From the NCBI GenBank assembly GCA_963731865.1, contig CAVSXG010000002.1, forward strand, positions 874,692 to 938,691: DNA of 64,000 bases, in the 5' to 3' direction. The stretch comes from an uncultured Chloroflexia bacterium (GTDB lineage: Bacteria > Chloroflexota > Limnocylindria > Limnocylindrales > CSP1-4). Shown here piece after piece: positions 32,696-43,014 of this stretch (positions are counted from its first letter, which is position 1; the number at the start of each line of letters is the position of its first letter). The position numbers and the translations under genes are program-made. Below the pieces are notes generated by a model. It did not search any database, was not told where the DNA came from, and saw only the letters and a program-made list of their open reading frames with translations.

Positions 32696-32953
32696 CGCCC
32701 GCCTGAAAACGGGAGGAAGGTTCCATTGCTCTCCGGATTACCCAGGCGTACCGTTCCGATTACGCCGACCCGCGATCCACTTGGGGATACCTGGGGCGTC
32801 GGTCACGGAACTGGAAACGGACACTCGTCCTGAGGCACGTTCGGGGCGACGATCACGGGTCCGGTTCACGAGCCGAGTAACAGGACATCGGCCAGCAGGC
32901 CTGGTGACCGTCGGGTTGGCAGCAGTTATCGCTCATTTATCATCAGCGCCTCG

Positions 32954-32981
32954 AATCGCCCTCCGGTATCGGAGGGCGATT
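32954..32981 (-). terminator. perfect 12-bp hairpin 39 nt downstream of the J-domain gene (likely terminator, no U-tract)
   Basis: AATCGCCCTCCG-GTAT-CGGAGGGCGATT. On the plus strand it is followed by GCGCGTTTGG. Confidence 0.55.
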
Positions 32982-33019
32982 GCGCGTTTGGGGCCTGTGT
33001 CATCGGGATGCTGCCTGCC

Positions 33020-33750
33020 TCAGGCCGACCGACCTCGCCGCTCCGGAGTCGGATGCGTCCGCCGCGCGATCCCTCGTCGATCGAGCTCCGCCTGGATCAC
33101 CCGGGCGGCCGACACCAGGTCGGGGTCGTGGCTCACGGTCGAGGCCACCCAGTCGATGTACGACGGCTCGAAGGCGGCGATCTGGCCCAGCGTGTGGTCG
33201 TGGAACTTGCCAAACGTGATGGTCGTGTTCTCCGCGTCGTCGAGCGACGGCGCCGGCGGCACGCCGGAAGTGGCGCAGGCGATCCCGGACGAGCGGACCC
33301 GTTGGCGTCGATGCGCGAGGTGGCTCGCGTCGCACCGAGTCGTAGCGCAATGGCGGCTGACCGGGCAAGGTCGTCCGCCGCGCGCCATTGCCCACGGCCT
33401 GGTTTCGGGCGCGATAGGTGCCGCTCGTGTCGACGCGCCCCGTCACCGGGCGGGTCGGTCTTGGCGGCGGCGGGCCACCCCGGCGTCGCGGGCTGCCCGC
33501 TTCGAAGGGAGGCCCGCTCGGCGTCCTCGCCGGCCGTCGCCGACCCTCGACGCGACGGCTCCCGGGTGAGTGCCGCATACGCATCGTTGATCTCGGCCAT
33601 CCGGCGCGTAGCGGCCCGCGATGCGGCAGGGTCGTCACCGGTGAGGTCGGGGTGATTGGTCCGGGCCAGACGCCGCCAGGCAGCCTTGATCTGCGACGGC
33701 GTGGCGCCCGTCGCGACGCCGAGGACGTCCCGGGGATCGCGCTTGGTCAT
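33020..33750 (-). pseudogene. J-domain protein with C-terminal ExoX-C/DUF3820-like motif; at least 2 frame breaks
   Basis: N-terminus MTKRDPRDVLGVATGATPSQIKAAWRRLARTNHPDL (HPD). The C-terminal frame carries TITFGKFHDHTLGQIAAFEPSYIDWVASTV. The linker is spread over other frames. Confidence 0.7.
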
Positions 33751-33845
33751 CAGCTCGGAGTGTAGGTCACGGAGGGGCCGCCTCGAAGCACCTGCCTCGA
33801 CGCACCGGACTTGACAGCCCGAGCCCGGTGCCGTCCCCTAGCGAC

Positions 33846-35013
33846 ATGGGTTCCCTCCGTCGTGCCGGGCTTGCGATCGCCGCTGCCGCGGCGCCGCTTG
33901 GTCTTGCCTATCGATTCGCGCTCGCCTACCGCGTTCGGGCGGGCTACCCACGGCGAAACCCACCATTGCTCGATCCGTCGGCGCTGGGACTGCCGTTCGA
34001 GACCACGGTTGTCGAGTCGGCGGGTCTCGAGCTGCCCGCCTGGTTCATCCCGGCGCGCGATGGCCAAGCGGGTCCCGGGTGTCGTGCTCGTCCACGGCTG
34101 GGAGTCCGCGCGCGACCGGACCCTGCCCATGGCGCAGTTCCTGCACGCGGCCGGGTTCCACTGCCTCACATTCGACGTCCGCGGCCACGGTGCCAATGGC
34201 GCCGAGGCGCTCCCGATCTCCGCGGGCGAGTTCGGTGAAGACGCGCTTGCCGCGTTCCGGACGCTGATGGCCCGGCCCGAAGTGACCGTTGGAGCGATCT
34301 CGGGGCATTCGATGGGCGCGCTCGGGCGCGATCCTCGCGGCGGCCGCCGATCCGCGTGTCGCGGCCCTCGTCGCGACATCGGGTCCGGCCGGTCCGTACC
34401 GTCTGACCCGGCAGACATTCCGGCTGGCGCATCTCCCGATCCCCGACCCGATCGCCTGGCCACTCGCCTGGCTGACGACTCGCGTCTATCTCCGGCCCGC
34501 GCGGCCACCGACGTCCCGGACATCAGCGCGACGGCCGCGATCGCCCGGTACCGCGGGCCGGTGCTGCTGGCCCACGGCGCCGAGGACGCCGTCATGCCGG
34601 TCGGCCACCTCGCCAGGCTGGCGAACGCGGCCCGCGAGGCCAGAGCCGGCGATCCCAACGCGGCCCCGGTCGAGACGCTGGTCGTGGCCGGCGGCGAGCA
34701 CTCATGGCTGTACGAGGACGCGGGGTACCGGCGCGCGGTCGCCCGGATGCTCACGGTGGCCTGCGGTGGGCCGATGGATCCGGATACCGCCGCGGAGATC
34801 GCCGCTTCGACGATGGCCGAGCGGATCCCCGATGCCGAAACCCGGTTCGCGGCCATGGAGGAGACGCACGGTGGCCTGCGCACCCTTGCCCGGGTAGCCC
34901 TTCCGGGAGCGACCCGGGCTCCGACCGAGCGATCGCAGCCCGAGACGCCCAGGGCCGCCGAGACCATCGCCGACGTCCGACCCGCGCCTGCCCCGCTGGC
35001 GACCGAGCCATGA
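33846..35013 (+). pseudogene. alpha/beta hydrolase (dienelactone hydrolase/peptidase S9-like), three frame breaks
   Basis: In order: MGSLRRAGLAIAAAAAPLGLAYRF...LELPAWFIPARDG; VPGVVLVHGWESARDRTLPMAQFLHAAGFHCLTFDVRGHG...ISGHSMGA; GAILAAAADPRVAALVATSGPAGPY...; YRGPVLLAHGAEDAVMPVGH...GGEHSWLY. Confidence 0.8.
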
Positions 35014-35565
35014 CCGGCGGCCACCCGGAAGCCGCCGACGTCGAACCGGTCTGGGAGGCGATCGCGCGAAAGCGGGCCATCCGCACGTTCGACGGGCGGC
35101 CGCTCGAACCGGAGCACCTTGAGCGCATCGTGGACGCCGGGCGCCACGCCCCCAGCAGCAAGAACCGCCAGCGCTGGACGTTCATCGTCTGCCAGGACCG
35201 CGAACACTTGCGAGAGCTGGCCGCCGTCGGCCCATTTGCCGACCACATCGCCGGCGCCGCGGCTGCGATCGCCCTGGTCACGCCGGATCCGAGCTCGACC
35301 ACCGCGGGGCGGTCCATCGACTTCGACATCGGGATGGCCGCCGAGAACATGATGCTGGCGGCCTGGGAGCTCGGGATCGGGAGCGTCCCGGCGACGGTGT
35401 ACGAGACCGAATCTGGCCCGCCGACTCCTGGGGTATCCGGACGACCATGCCTGCCCGTACCTGCTGTCATTTGGGTATCCGGCCGATGCGGGTGACCTCA
35501 CCCGCGCGCCCAGGAAGGGCGGCCGTCGCGACCTCGACGACATCGTCCGCCAGGAGCGCTGGTAG
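35010..35565 (+). pseudogene. nitroreductase-family protein, one frame break near 35415
   Basis: ATGA overlap with the upstream gene. RKRAIRTFDGRPLEPEHLERIVDAGRHAPSSKNRQRWTFIV...DIGMAAENMMLAAWELGIGSVPATVYE. My translation of the next frame is ARRLLGYPDDHACPYLLSFGYPADAGD...VRQERW stop at 35563-35565. Confidence 0.8.
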
Positions 35566-35618
35566 GCGCTGACAGCCCTGCTGGGCGATGCCGCCTTGGA
35601 CGCCTTACTCGGGCGGCC

Positions 35619-36710
35619 CTACTGCCAGCGGAATTTGCGGGCGGCGATCGCGAAACAGACGACCAGCCAGGCCAGAAGGACCGCGAAGCACACCCACAGG
35701 GGCGCGAACGCCGCGCCACCCACCATCACCTGGCGCAGCGCGTCCGACAGGTACGTCAGGGGAATGACCCGGGCGACCGCCTGGAGCGCGTCCGGCATCT
35801 GGTCGATCGGGAAGAAGGTGCCGGACAGGAACATCATCGGGAACTGGATGACGCTCGTCATCCCGTTCGCAGAGTCCTCGGTCGAGGCGAACGACGCCAC
35901 CACGTAGCCGAGGGCGAGGAACGAGACCGCGCCGAGCACGATGAACACGACCGACAACGGGAATGGCCCGGTGATCTCCACCCCGAAGAACAGGACGCCG
36001 ACGCCGATGATGATCACGGCCTGGATCAACGCGATCAGCAGGCGCATCAAGACGTTCGAACCGACAAGCTGCCAGCGCTTGAGCGGCGTCGCCGCGAGGC
36101 GCTTGAGGATCAGCTTCTCGCGATCGGCCACCAGCGGGATCGCGGCGAAGATGCCGACCTGCATGACGGACAGGCCGAGCATGCTCGGGACGAAGTAGCT
36201 GATGAAGTTCAGGTTCTCGGTCTGGAGCGTCTCCGGCTGCGGGATGACCAGCGGTGGCCGACCGCCCAGGTTCACAACCCCGAGGACGCTGCCAACGGCC
36301 TGGTAGACCGTCGCAACCAGGTTCGAACGCGACGGATCGGTGTAGACCACGACGTTCGTTGGCGCGCCGGTGCCCGCGGCGGCAGCCGCGACGCCGTCGC
36401 CGTAGCCCGCCGGGATCTCGATCACGGCATCGAGCTGACCCTCGCGCATTTGCTCCAATGCGGCGGCCTCGTCGGCGACCACGAGCTCGATGCCGTCGGG
36501 GGCCTCGAAGGCGGCCTGGAGCTGACCCGAGGCCGTCGATCCGTCCTTGTCGACCCAGCCCAGCGTGAGGTTGCTGTCGCCACCGCCCTGGAAGATGAAC
36601 CCGAACATGAAGATGAAGATCAGGGGAAACGCGAGGGTCCAGAACAGGGCGGCGCGGTCGCGCACGTAGCTCTTGATGTTGGCGATTGTCAGAGCCGTCA
36701 GGGCAGCCAA
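35619..36710 (-). CDS. ABC-2 type exporter permease
   Basis: 363-aa intact ORF with N-terminal TM, large extracytoplasmic loop and 5 C-terminal TMs. Adjacent to the ATPase gene. Confidence 0.85.
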   Translation of the reverse strand: MAALTALTIANIKSYVRDRAALFWTLAFPLIFIFMFGFIFQGGGDSNLTLGWVDKDGSTASGQLQAAFEAPDGIELVVADEAAALEQMREGQLDAVIEIPAGYGDGVAAAAAGTGAPTNVVVYTDPSRSNLVATVYQAVGSVLGVVNLGGRPPLVIPQPETLQTENLNFISYFVPSMLGLSVMQVGIFAAIPLVADREKLILKRLAATPLKRWQLVGSNVLMRLLIALIQAVIIIGVGVLFFGVEITGPFPLSVVFIVLGAVSFLALGYVVASFASTEDSANGMTSVIQFPMMFLSGTFFPIDQMPDALQAVARVIPLTYLSDALRQVMVGGAAFAPLWVCFAVLLAWLVVCFAIAARKFRWQ

Positions 36711-36717
36711 GGTCGCC

Positions 36718-37659
36718 TCAGTCCCGCAGCGCCCGACCGGTCAGGTCGAGGAAGACGTCTTCGAGGGTCGCCCGCCGCACGCCCAGGTTCTGCGGTTCGA
36801 AGCCACGGGCCTCCGACAGCTCGAGGAGCGCGCCAATCGTGGCGGCCACGTCGCTGGTGTACACGAGGGTCTCATCGCCGTCGCCCTTGACCGAGGTCAC
36901 CGCAGGGAGGGACGCGAGGTCGCCGTCGGGCAGGCCATCCACCCGGTCGAAGTGGACGGCACGGTCATGGAACCGCTTGGAGACGAGCTCCTCGACGGTC
37001 CCCATCTCGAGGATCTTGCCGTGGTCCATGATCGCGAGCCGATCGCACAGGACCTCGGCCTCCTCCATGTAATGCGTCGTCAGCAGGATCGAGCGGCCGG
37101 CCGCCTTGAGCCCGCGGACGAGGTCCCACAGCGACCGTCGGGCCGCCGGATCGAGGCCGGTCGTTGGTTCGTCGAGAAAGACCAGCTCGGGATCGTTGAC
37201 CAGCGCGAGCGCCACGGCCAGGCGCTGTCGCTGGCCGCCGGACAGCTCGCGGGTCTGGGCGTTCTTCCGCTCCCCGAGCTCGAGGGCGTTGACGAGCTCC
37301 TCGGTCGGTCGCGATCGCGGGTAGAAGCTGCGGAACAGGTCGATCAGCTCGACGACGGTCAGCTTGGGGTAGAGGGCCGCGGTCTGGAGGCTAACGCCGA
37401 TCCGTGGCTTGAGGGAGTCCGCGCCCTTCGAGACGTCGACGCCCAGCACGAAGACCTGACCGGCATCCGGGTTCCGGAGCCCCTCGAGGATCTCGACCGT
37501 GGTCGTCTTCCCGGCGCCGTTGGGCCCGAGGAGCCCGAAGACCTCGCCCGCCTTGACCTCGAAATCGATCCCATCGACCGCTCGCACATCGCCATACCGC
37601 TTGACCAGGCCCTCGACGCGAATGACGGGCTCGGTCGCGATAGCCCCCGGTGTGTGCAT
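36718..37659 (-). CDS. ABC transporter ATP-binding protein
   Basis: ATG 37659. GLLGPNGAGKTTT (Walker A), LSGGQRQRLAVALAL (signature), LVFLDEPTTGLD (Walker B). Confidence 0.92.
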   Translation of the reverse strand: MHTPGAIATEPVIRVEGLVKRYGDVRAVDGIDFEVKAGEVFGLLGPNGAGKTTTVEILEGLRNPDAGQVFVLGVDVSKGADSLKPRIGVSLQTAALYPKLTVVELIDLFRSFYPRSRPTEELVNALELGERKNAQTRELSGGQRQRLAVALALVNDPELVFLDEPTTGLDPAARRSLWDLVRGLKAAGRSILLTTHYMEEAEVLCDRLAIMDHGKILEMGTVEELVSKRFHDRAVHFDRVDGLPDGDLASLPAVTSVKGDGDETLVYTSDVAATIGALLELSEARGFEPQNLGVRRATLEDVFLDLTGRALRD

Positions 37660-37711
37660 GAAGCGATGGTGCCACGGAACCAGCGGGTCCTGCCGGTCGG
37701 CCGGCGTCGGC

Positions 37712-38947
37712 TCAGCCGGGGTCGTCCCCGTCGAAGCCACCGGACCAATCGATGTCGAGCGCAATCGAGCTGTCGACGAGCGTCGCTCCCGCTTCAGGCG
37801 CCGGTGCGCCGAGCTCGAGATAAGCGGCCATGGATGCCTCGAGCCCCACGTCGTGCCCGGCGGCTTCGGACAGCAGCCACTTCTCCTCGAGCACGTCGCA
37901 GTACGCCTGGAGCGCATCGCGCAACGGGCCGATCGCGGGAACGAGCGTCGCCATCGCGGGCTGGAGGACCTCGGCCAGCCAGCGCCGCGCCGCTTCCTCC
38001 GTGGTCACGTCCAAACGGCTCGTCGACTCGAGCCAGGCCTGGTACTCGCGGATGTCGTTGAGGAGGAGACGAGCCTGGCCTTCGAGCGCGACGAGACCGG
38101 TGAGCTTCCGGAGTTGGTGCGCGTGGAACTTGCGATTGGCCACCGCAACGCGCAACCGGACCACGTCACCCATTGTCGATGTTGGCTCGAGGGAGACCTC
38201 GTCGATCGCGAACCCAAGTTCATTGAGTCGCCGGATCCGCGCCCGGATCGCGTGACGGTCGGTGGGCGCGACCTCGGGAACCAGGTGGAGCTCGTCCCAG
38301 ACCGCGGTGTACCTGGAGCGGACGGTTTCGGCGGCCGCGACCGCGTCGTCGAATGCATCCTCCCGACCCTGCATCGCGCCAAGATCGGCCAGGCCATACG
38401 CCACGTTCTCGACGAGGATGTCGAGGTCATACGCTCGCTGACCGTTGGACAGGCTCGGGTAGATCTCGCTCGTCTCCGCGTCGACCAGGTACGCCTGGAT
38501 CTTGTCGCCGTCGCGCCGGAACAGGGTGTTGGCCAACGAGCAATCGCCCCAGTACACCCCGGCGCGATGCAGGTCCACGAGTAGCGATGCCATCGCGTCG
38601 AGCAATCGGTCGCGGTAGGGCCCCGGACCAAGCGGGAAGCGCATCAGGAGGCGGCGGTACTGGATCGAGTAGGCGAGGTACTCGGTGATCAGGATCGCGC
38701 TGTCCCGGTCCGGCGCGGTCGCCAGGCCCACGGCCGTCACCGCGGGCAGGCCCGTGATCTCGAGGTGGCGCAGCACCTCGAATTCCTCGTTGGCCACGGT
38801 GAGCGGTTCTTCCTTGAGGGCGAATGTCAGCCCGTCGACCACGATGAAGCGAACCAGGTGCCGCGACGGTCCGACGGGCAGGTCGCGAAACTGCAGCGTC
38901 TCGGAAGGCCACGACGCGAGGGGCAGCTCCCAGGGCAGGTCGAGCAA
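37712..38947 (-). CDS. DUF4032 / lipopolysaccharide-kinase-like protein
   Basis: 411 aa, LLDLPWELPLASWP...LKEEP...EFEVLRHL...LHRAGVYWGDCSLANTLF...AYLVDAETSE. The first canonical start is TTG 38947. The upstream in-frame TDLTIAAAPGFPQLRLRDRGAR looks homologous but has only CTG codons. Confidence 0.8.
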   Translation of the reverse strand: MLDLPWELPLASWPSETLQFRDLPVGPSRHLVRFIVVDGLTFALKEEPLTVANEEFEVLRHLEITGLPAVTAVGLATAPDRDSAILITEYLAYSIQYRRLLMRFPLGPGPYRDRLLDAMASLLVDLHRAGVYWGDCSLANTLFRRDGDKIQAYLVDAETSEIYPSLSNGQRAYDLDILVENVAYGLADLGAMQGREDAFDDAVAAAETVRSRYTAVWDELHLVPEVAPTDRHAIRARIRRLNELGFAIDEVSLEPTSTMGDVVRLRVAVANRKFHAHQLRKLTGLVALEGQARLLLNDIREYQAWLESTSRLDVTTEEAARRWLAEVLQPAMATLVPAIGPLRDALQAYCDVLEEKWLLSEAAGHDVGLEASMAAYLELGAPAPEAGATLVDSSIALDIDWSGGFDGDDPG

Positions 38948-39012
38948 TCTCGCGCCGCGGTCGCGCAGCCGCAGCTGCGGAAATCCGGGTGCGGCGGCGA
39001 TCGTCAGGTCGG

Positions 39013-39453
39013 TCAGAGCTTCTTGCGCAGGTACGCGGTCACGGTCGAGTCGTAGCCAAGGGACTCGTAGAGGTGACGAGCCTCGGGCCGATGGTGACCG
39101 GCGGTCAGCTCCACGAATACGGCTCCGACCTCGCGACCGATCCGCTCTGCCTCGCCCATCAACGCGCGTCCGACGCCACGCTCGCGCGCACCGGCATCGA
39201 CCACGAGGGCAAGGATCCGGACGATCTGGTCGTCGTGCTCGAACCGCGCCATGGCGTGGATGGCGATGAACCCTAGGATCGCCTCCTCGTGCTCGGCCAC
39301 GATCACCCTCAATTCGGGTGTCGCGAAATGCCCCAGTCGGACGACGATGTCGCTCGGCCCGGCCGGATATCCCTCATCAGTGAACAGCGCCGCGATGGCC
39401 GGAGCATCGCTCGGCTGGGCGGCTCGAAGGACGATCTGGGGTGTGTCGGTCAT
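39013..39453 (-). CDS. GNAT-family N-acetyltransferase
   Basis: 146 aa, LALVVDAGARERGVGRALM, YESLGY. Confidence 0.85.
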   Translation of the reverse strand: MTDTPQIVLRAAQPSDAPAIAALFTDEGYPAGPSDIVVRLGHFATPELRVIVAEHEEAILGFIAIHAMARFEHDDQIVRILALVVDAGARERGVGRALMGEAERIGREVGAVFVELTAGHHRPEARHLYESLGYDSTVTAYLRKKL

Positions 39454-39938
39454 GCGTGGATGGTACCCGGCGGACTGAACAGGAGGCGGTGGGGACCGTA
39501 AATCGGCCCGCCGAGGATCAGCCGCTCGATCCCGAATGGGCCGGTTCGCTCTGGTGACATGGCAACGTCGGCGACGCGTACCGCCGCGGCCGACGCCGAC
39601 AGGTCTTCGACGGCCATCCAGATCGCCGCCGGCCCCTCGCCTACCCGCGCCAGTGTCGCGGCCAGCCGGCCTTCGGTCGACGGCTCGAGCACCACCAGCG
39701 ACCGACCATCAGGAAGTGATGCGCTCGCGGCGCGACACCGCGCGCCGAGGAGCTCATCATCATCGGCCGCGACAAATCGGCCTGCGGGGATGTGCAGGGC
39801 GGCCCCGAGCTCGACGACCGCACGTTCGAGCTCAACGGTCGCCCACCCGAGCGCAACGGGCGTCCCGTGCACGGTGGGCGCGAGGGCCTTCGTGGCGAGC
39901 AGGAACGCGTCGAAACGCTTCCGCAGCGGGAGCGCCAT
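39450..39938 (-). CDS. glyoxalase/VOC-like domain protein
   Basis: ATG 39938 shares one nt with the upstream TGA. LGWATVELERA...LVVLEPSTEGRLAATLARVGEGPAAIW pattern resembles glyoxalase-like domains. Assignment is from memory. Confidence 0.55.
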   Translation of the reverse strand: MALPLRKRFDAFLLATKALAPTVHGTPVALGWATVELERAVVELGAALHIPAGRFVAADDDELLGARCRAASASLPDGRSLVVLEPSTEGRLAATLARVGEGPAAIWMAVEDLSASAAAVRVADVAMSPERTGPFGIERLILGGPIYGPHRLLFSPPGTIHA

Positions 39939-40765
39939 CACACCAGGAGGAGATCGGGCCCGGCATCGCCCACGCGTTCGAAGCCGAGCCCCTCGTAGAG
40001 GCCGATGGCTACCTTGTTGTCGGCATAGACACCGAGATATGCCCACGCGCTCCCGATCCGAATCGCGTCGTGGGTCGCGGCCTCGGTGACGAGCCGCCCG
40101 AAGCCACGGCCCCGTGCCCAGCTCGCGGTCCCGATCGATGACAGATAGCTCAGCCCGTCGAATGTCGCCCGGCGGGCCACGGCCGCCGGCTGGCCCTCGA
40201 ACCGAAGCAGGTAGTGGGTGAACCAGGGATTGCCGATGGAGACGACGGTCTCCTCTTCGATGCCCGCCTTCCGGTCGGACGTCACGTCGAACGCGTCGAC
40301 GAGCACGTCCACGATCGCCCCGGCTGCGGTGTCGGCAGATGGGCCGCTCAGGCCGCTCACCCGATCGAGGGTGACCGCCCGCGGCTTGGCGGGCTCCGGC
40401 AAGCCATTCGACGAGGTGGCCGGGAGGGCCATGACCATGCCCGCGCCCATGTCCCGGAAACCGTTGGCCACGAGCCGGGCGATCAGGTCCGTCGGCGTAT
40501 CGTGCGCAGGGGAGGGCCAGATATGCGGCTGCCTCGCGATCGTTGCGAACAACACCAGGATCTCCGTGAGCCGACGGTCGAACGCCTCGGGCTCATCCGG
40601 CCAGCGGATGGCCGTCATGCGGTTCCAGAACGGCTCGGGATCCGCGGGATCACTGAGGAGAATGGAATCGCCCAGATCGCGCAGGATCCGACCAGGAGTC
40701 GCGTGGACCTGCGACTCGTGCAGCAACATCCGGCGGATCGTCGCCGGGTCCACCTGGAGGGGCAT
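39938..40765 (-). CDS. GNAT-family acetyltransferase (two-domain)
   Basis: C-terminal SIGTASWARGRGFGRLVTEAA...VAIGLYEGLGFE. Start taken at ATG 40765 (ORF extends to 40846). Confidence 0.75.
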   Translation of the reverse strand: MPLQVDPATIRRMLLHESQVHATPGRILRDLGDSILLSDPADPEPFWNRMTAIRWPDEPEAFDRRLTEILVLFATIARQPHIWPSPAHDTPTDLIARLVANGFRDMGAGMVMALPATSSNGLPEPAKPRAVTLDRVSGLSGPSADTAAGAIVDVLVDAFDVTSDRKAGIEEETVVSIGNPWFTHYLLRFEGQPAAVARRATFDGLSYLSSIGTASWARGRGFGRLVTEAATHDAIRIGSAWAYLGVYADNKVAIGLYEGLGFERVGDAGPDLLLV

Positions 40766-40848
40766 CCGCACACGATAGCTGCCAAAACCGATCCGTCGGA
40801 GGCGGCGTAGGAGGGGCTGAGACCCCAAAGACCGAAGGAGACCCAACC

Positions 40849-41271
40849 ATGCGTCATCGATCCCTCGTCACCGTGGCTGCCGGCGCCGTCCTCCTCCTGG
40901 CCGCTTGCTCGGGCGGCGGCGCGACGACCGCTCCGATCAGCGAGCCATCGGCCGAGGCCAGCGCTCCCGCCGAGGCGAGCGCTCCCGCGGCTGGGGCCGC
41001 GTGTGAAGTGAGCTCGGCTGCCGGAGAGGTCGCGGTCGCGATCGCGGACTTCGAATTCAGCCCGACGAACATCAAGGCCGCCGCCGGTCAGACCATCACG
41101 TTCACGAACAACGACTCGGCGCCGCATACCGCGACCCTCGACGACGACTCGTGTGGCACGCCAAACATCGCGCAGGGCGCGTCAAACGGGCTCACCTTCT
41201 CGACGGCCGGCACGTACCCGTTCCACTGCAACGTGCACCCGAACATGAAGGGCACGATCACGATCAGCTGA
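40849..41271 (+). CDS. cupredoxin (plastocyanin/amicyanin-like) lipoprotein
   Basis: MRHRSLVTVAAGAVLLLAACSGG lipobox. SAPHTATLDD...FHCNVHPNMKGTITIS (type-1 Cu ligands H, C, H, M). Confidence 0.88.
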   Translation: MRHRSLVTVAAGAVLLLAACSGGGATTAPISEPSAEASAPAEASAPAAGAACEVSSAAGEVAVAIADFEFSPTNIKAAAGQTITFTNNDSAPHTATLDDDSCGTPNIAQGASNGLTFSTAGTYPFHCNVHPNMKGTITIS

Positions 41272-41291
41272 CGGAGCTGAACGGACCCTCG

Positions 41292-42302
41292 TCAGGCGCG
41301 CTCCGCGACGAACAGCGACGCGCCTGACGGGAGGTCGATCGTGGCGGGCCAGGGCAGCTCGGCGGCCGTGAACCACGACTGGACGCCCTCCCGGGTTGCC
41401 AGCGCCGTCCCCTGGTAGAGCTCATCGAGCTGGACGCCGGCGATCAGCTCGCCCTGGCGCGTCCGGAAATCGTCCAGCGTGGACGGCAGGGACCAGTCGA
41501 GCACCAGCAGGCGGCCCTTCGGGCGCAGGGCCGCCCACGCGGACCGCAGCGCCACCACCGGGTCGTGCAGCTGGTGCAGCGCGTACTGGAAATAGGCTAG
41601 ATCGAAGTCAGCCCCCACCTCCAGCGAGGTCACGTCCCCGTGCCGGATCTCGATCCGGTCGGTCATCCCGGCGGCCGTCACGTGCGCCCGCGCACGCTCG
41701 ACCGAGTCCTCCTCGATTTCGATCCCGACCAGGTTGAGCGCGGGGAACCGGCGGGCCATCGCAATGAGCCATCGTCCGCCACCGCAATGGATATCGACGA
41801 CGCGACCACCGCGGCCCAGGTCGTCGACGAGCTGCGGGAGCTCGGCGAGGGCCTCCTGGAAGAAGACCGCGACGTCCTGCACGGTCAATCGCTCGATCGA
41901 TTGGCGGTAGCGGTCCGGCCGCTGCCGGATCGGCTCCCCGGTCCGGAAGAAGTCGAGCATGGCCGACCAGTCCAGCGATGCGATCACCGAATGGACGAAC
42001 TGGCCCCCGAGGAACTCCGGGCGGGCTTCGTCGAGGAGGATCACCGCGGTGTCGTCATCGACAAGGAGCCGACCGTTGCGCAACTCGGCGAGCTCGTGGG
42101 CATCGGCCGCGGAGGCCCATGCCTCGATCGGTCCGGCGGCGCATCCGGCGGCCTCCGCGAGCTCTGCAGCTGTCAGGCCCTCGCGACCTGCCTCCCGGAG
42201 CTTCGTGAACAACCCGAGCTCGATCCCCAGGTACACGAGCCAGGTCCGGTGGAACCCGGACAACGTGTCGATGAGTTCATCGAATCGGTCGTCAAGCCGC
42301 AT
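41292..42302 (-). CDS. class I SAM-dependent methyltransferase with N-terminal winged-helix domain
   Basis: ATG 42302. VVDIHCGGGRW (motif I), IRHGDV, LLVLDW. Confidence 0.85.
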   Translation of the reverse strand: MRLDDRFDELIDTLSGFHRTWLVYLGIELGLFTKLREAGREGLTAAELAEAAGCAAGPIEAWASAADAHELAELRNGRLLVDDDTAVILLDEARPEFLGGQFVHSVIASLDWSAMLDFFRTGEPIRQRPDRYRQSIERLTVQDVAVFFQEALAELPQLVDDLGRGGRVVDIHCGGGRWLIAMARRFPALNLVGIEIEEDSVERARAHVTAAGMTDRIEIRHGDVTSLEVGADFDLAYFQYALHQLHDPVVALRSAWAALRPKGRLLVLDWSLPSTLDDFRTRQGELIAGVQLDELYQGTALATREGVQSWFTAAELPWPATIDLPSGASLFVAERA

Positions 42303-42414
42303 CGTGACCGGATTGTCGCACGACGATCGGGCCACCAGGCGGATCAGTTGAGTGTCGCGCCGGATACCGTAGGGCGATGCAACGATCCGTGCCGACCGAT
42401 GGTTCTGGGGATCG

Positions 42415-43014
42415 ATGGACACTGACACCGACCTGATCCACGCGCTCGCGACAGACCTCGACGGTGCGTTTGAAGTCCTCGTCGTGGCCCACCAGGACCG
42501 CCTGTACTCGATTGCGCTCCGGATGCTCGGCGACGGCCGTGACGCAGAGGAAGCCACCCAGGATGCACTCGTCCGCGCCTACCGGGCCTTGTCGGGCTAC
42601 CCGGCCGAACGAATCCGCGAACTGCGGCTCCGGCCGTGGCTGGCGACGATCGTCCTCAACCTGTGTCGCTCGCGAATCGGACGCAAGGCGTCCGCCGGGC
42701 GACCGGCCTTGTCCCTCGACGCGGCCGAGCCGGGAACGATGGAGCCGCCAACAGACGAGCGGAGCGGCCCGGCCGCCACGATCGTTCGACGCGATGCCGG
42801 GCGGACGTGGGCGGGTCTGCTGCTGACCCTGCCCCCCGCGTACAGGAGCGCCGTCGTCCTGCGTCATGTCGACGGTCTCAGCTATCCGGAACTAGCTACC
42901 GCCCTCGATCGACCCGAGGGCACTGTCAAGGCACAGGTCCACCGCGGCCTGGCCATGTTGCGAACGGCGTTCGAAGCCGCGGAACGGCGCGAACGCGAGG
43001 AGATGACCGCATGA
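42415..43014 (+). CDS. ECF-type RNA polymerase sigma factor
   Basis: 199 aa. Region 2 HQDRLYSIALRMLGDGRDAEEATQDALVRAY. Region 4 RSAVVLRHVDGLSYPELATALDRPEGTVKAQVHRGL. Confidence 0.92.
   Translation: MDTDTDLIHALATDLDGAFEVLVVAHQDRLYSIALRMLGDGRDAEEATQDALVRAYRALSGYPAERIRELRLRPWLATIVLNLCRSRIGRKASAGRPALSLDAAEPGTMEPPTDERSGPAATIVRRDAGRTWAGLLLTLPPAYRSAVVLRHVDGLSYPELATALDRPEGTVKAQVHRGLAMLRTAFEAAERREREEMTA

Noticed and set aside
33750-35543. 597-aa ORF on the minus strand, plus similar long ORFs (293-1663 plus strand, 4754-6859 minus, 24457-26283 plus, 42882-44432 minus, 54519-56108 minus)
   Set aside because: They are Arg/Pro/Gly/Ala-rich with no recognisable motifs, and each lies antisense to, or out of frame with, a gene that has clear homology. 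They are typical high-GC shadow ORFs.
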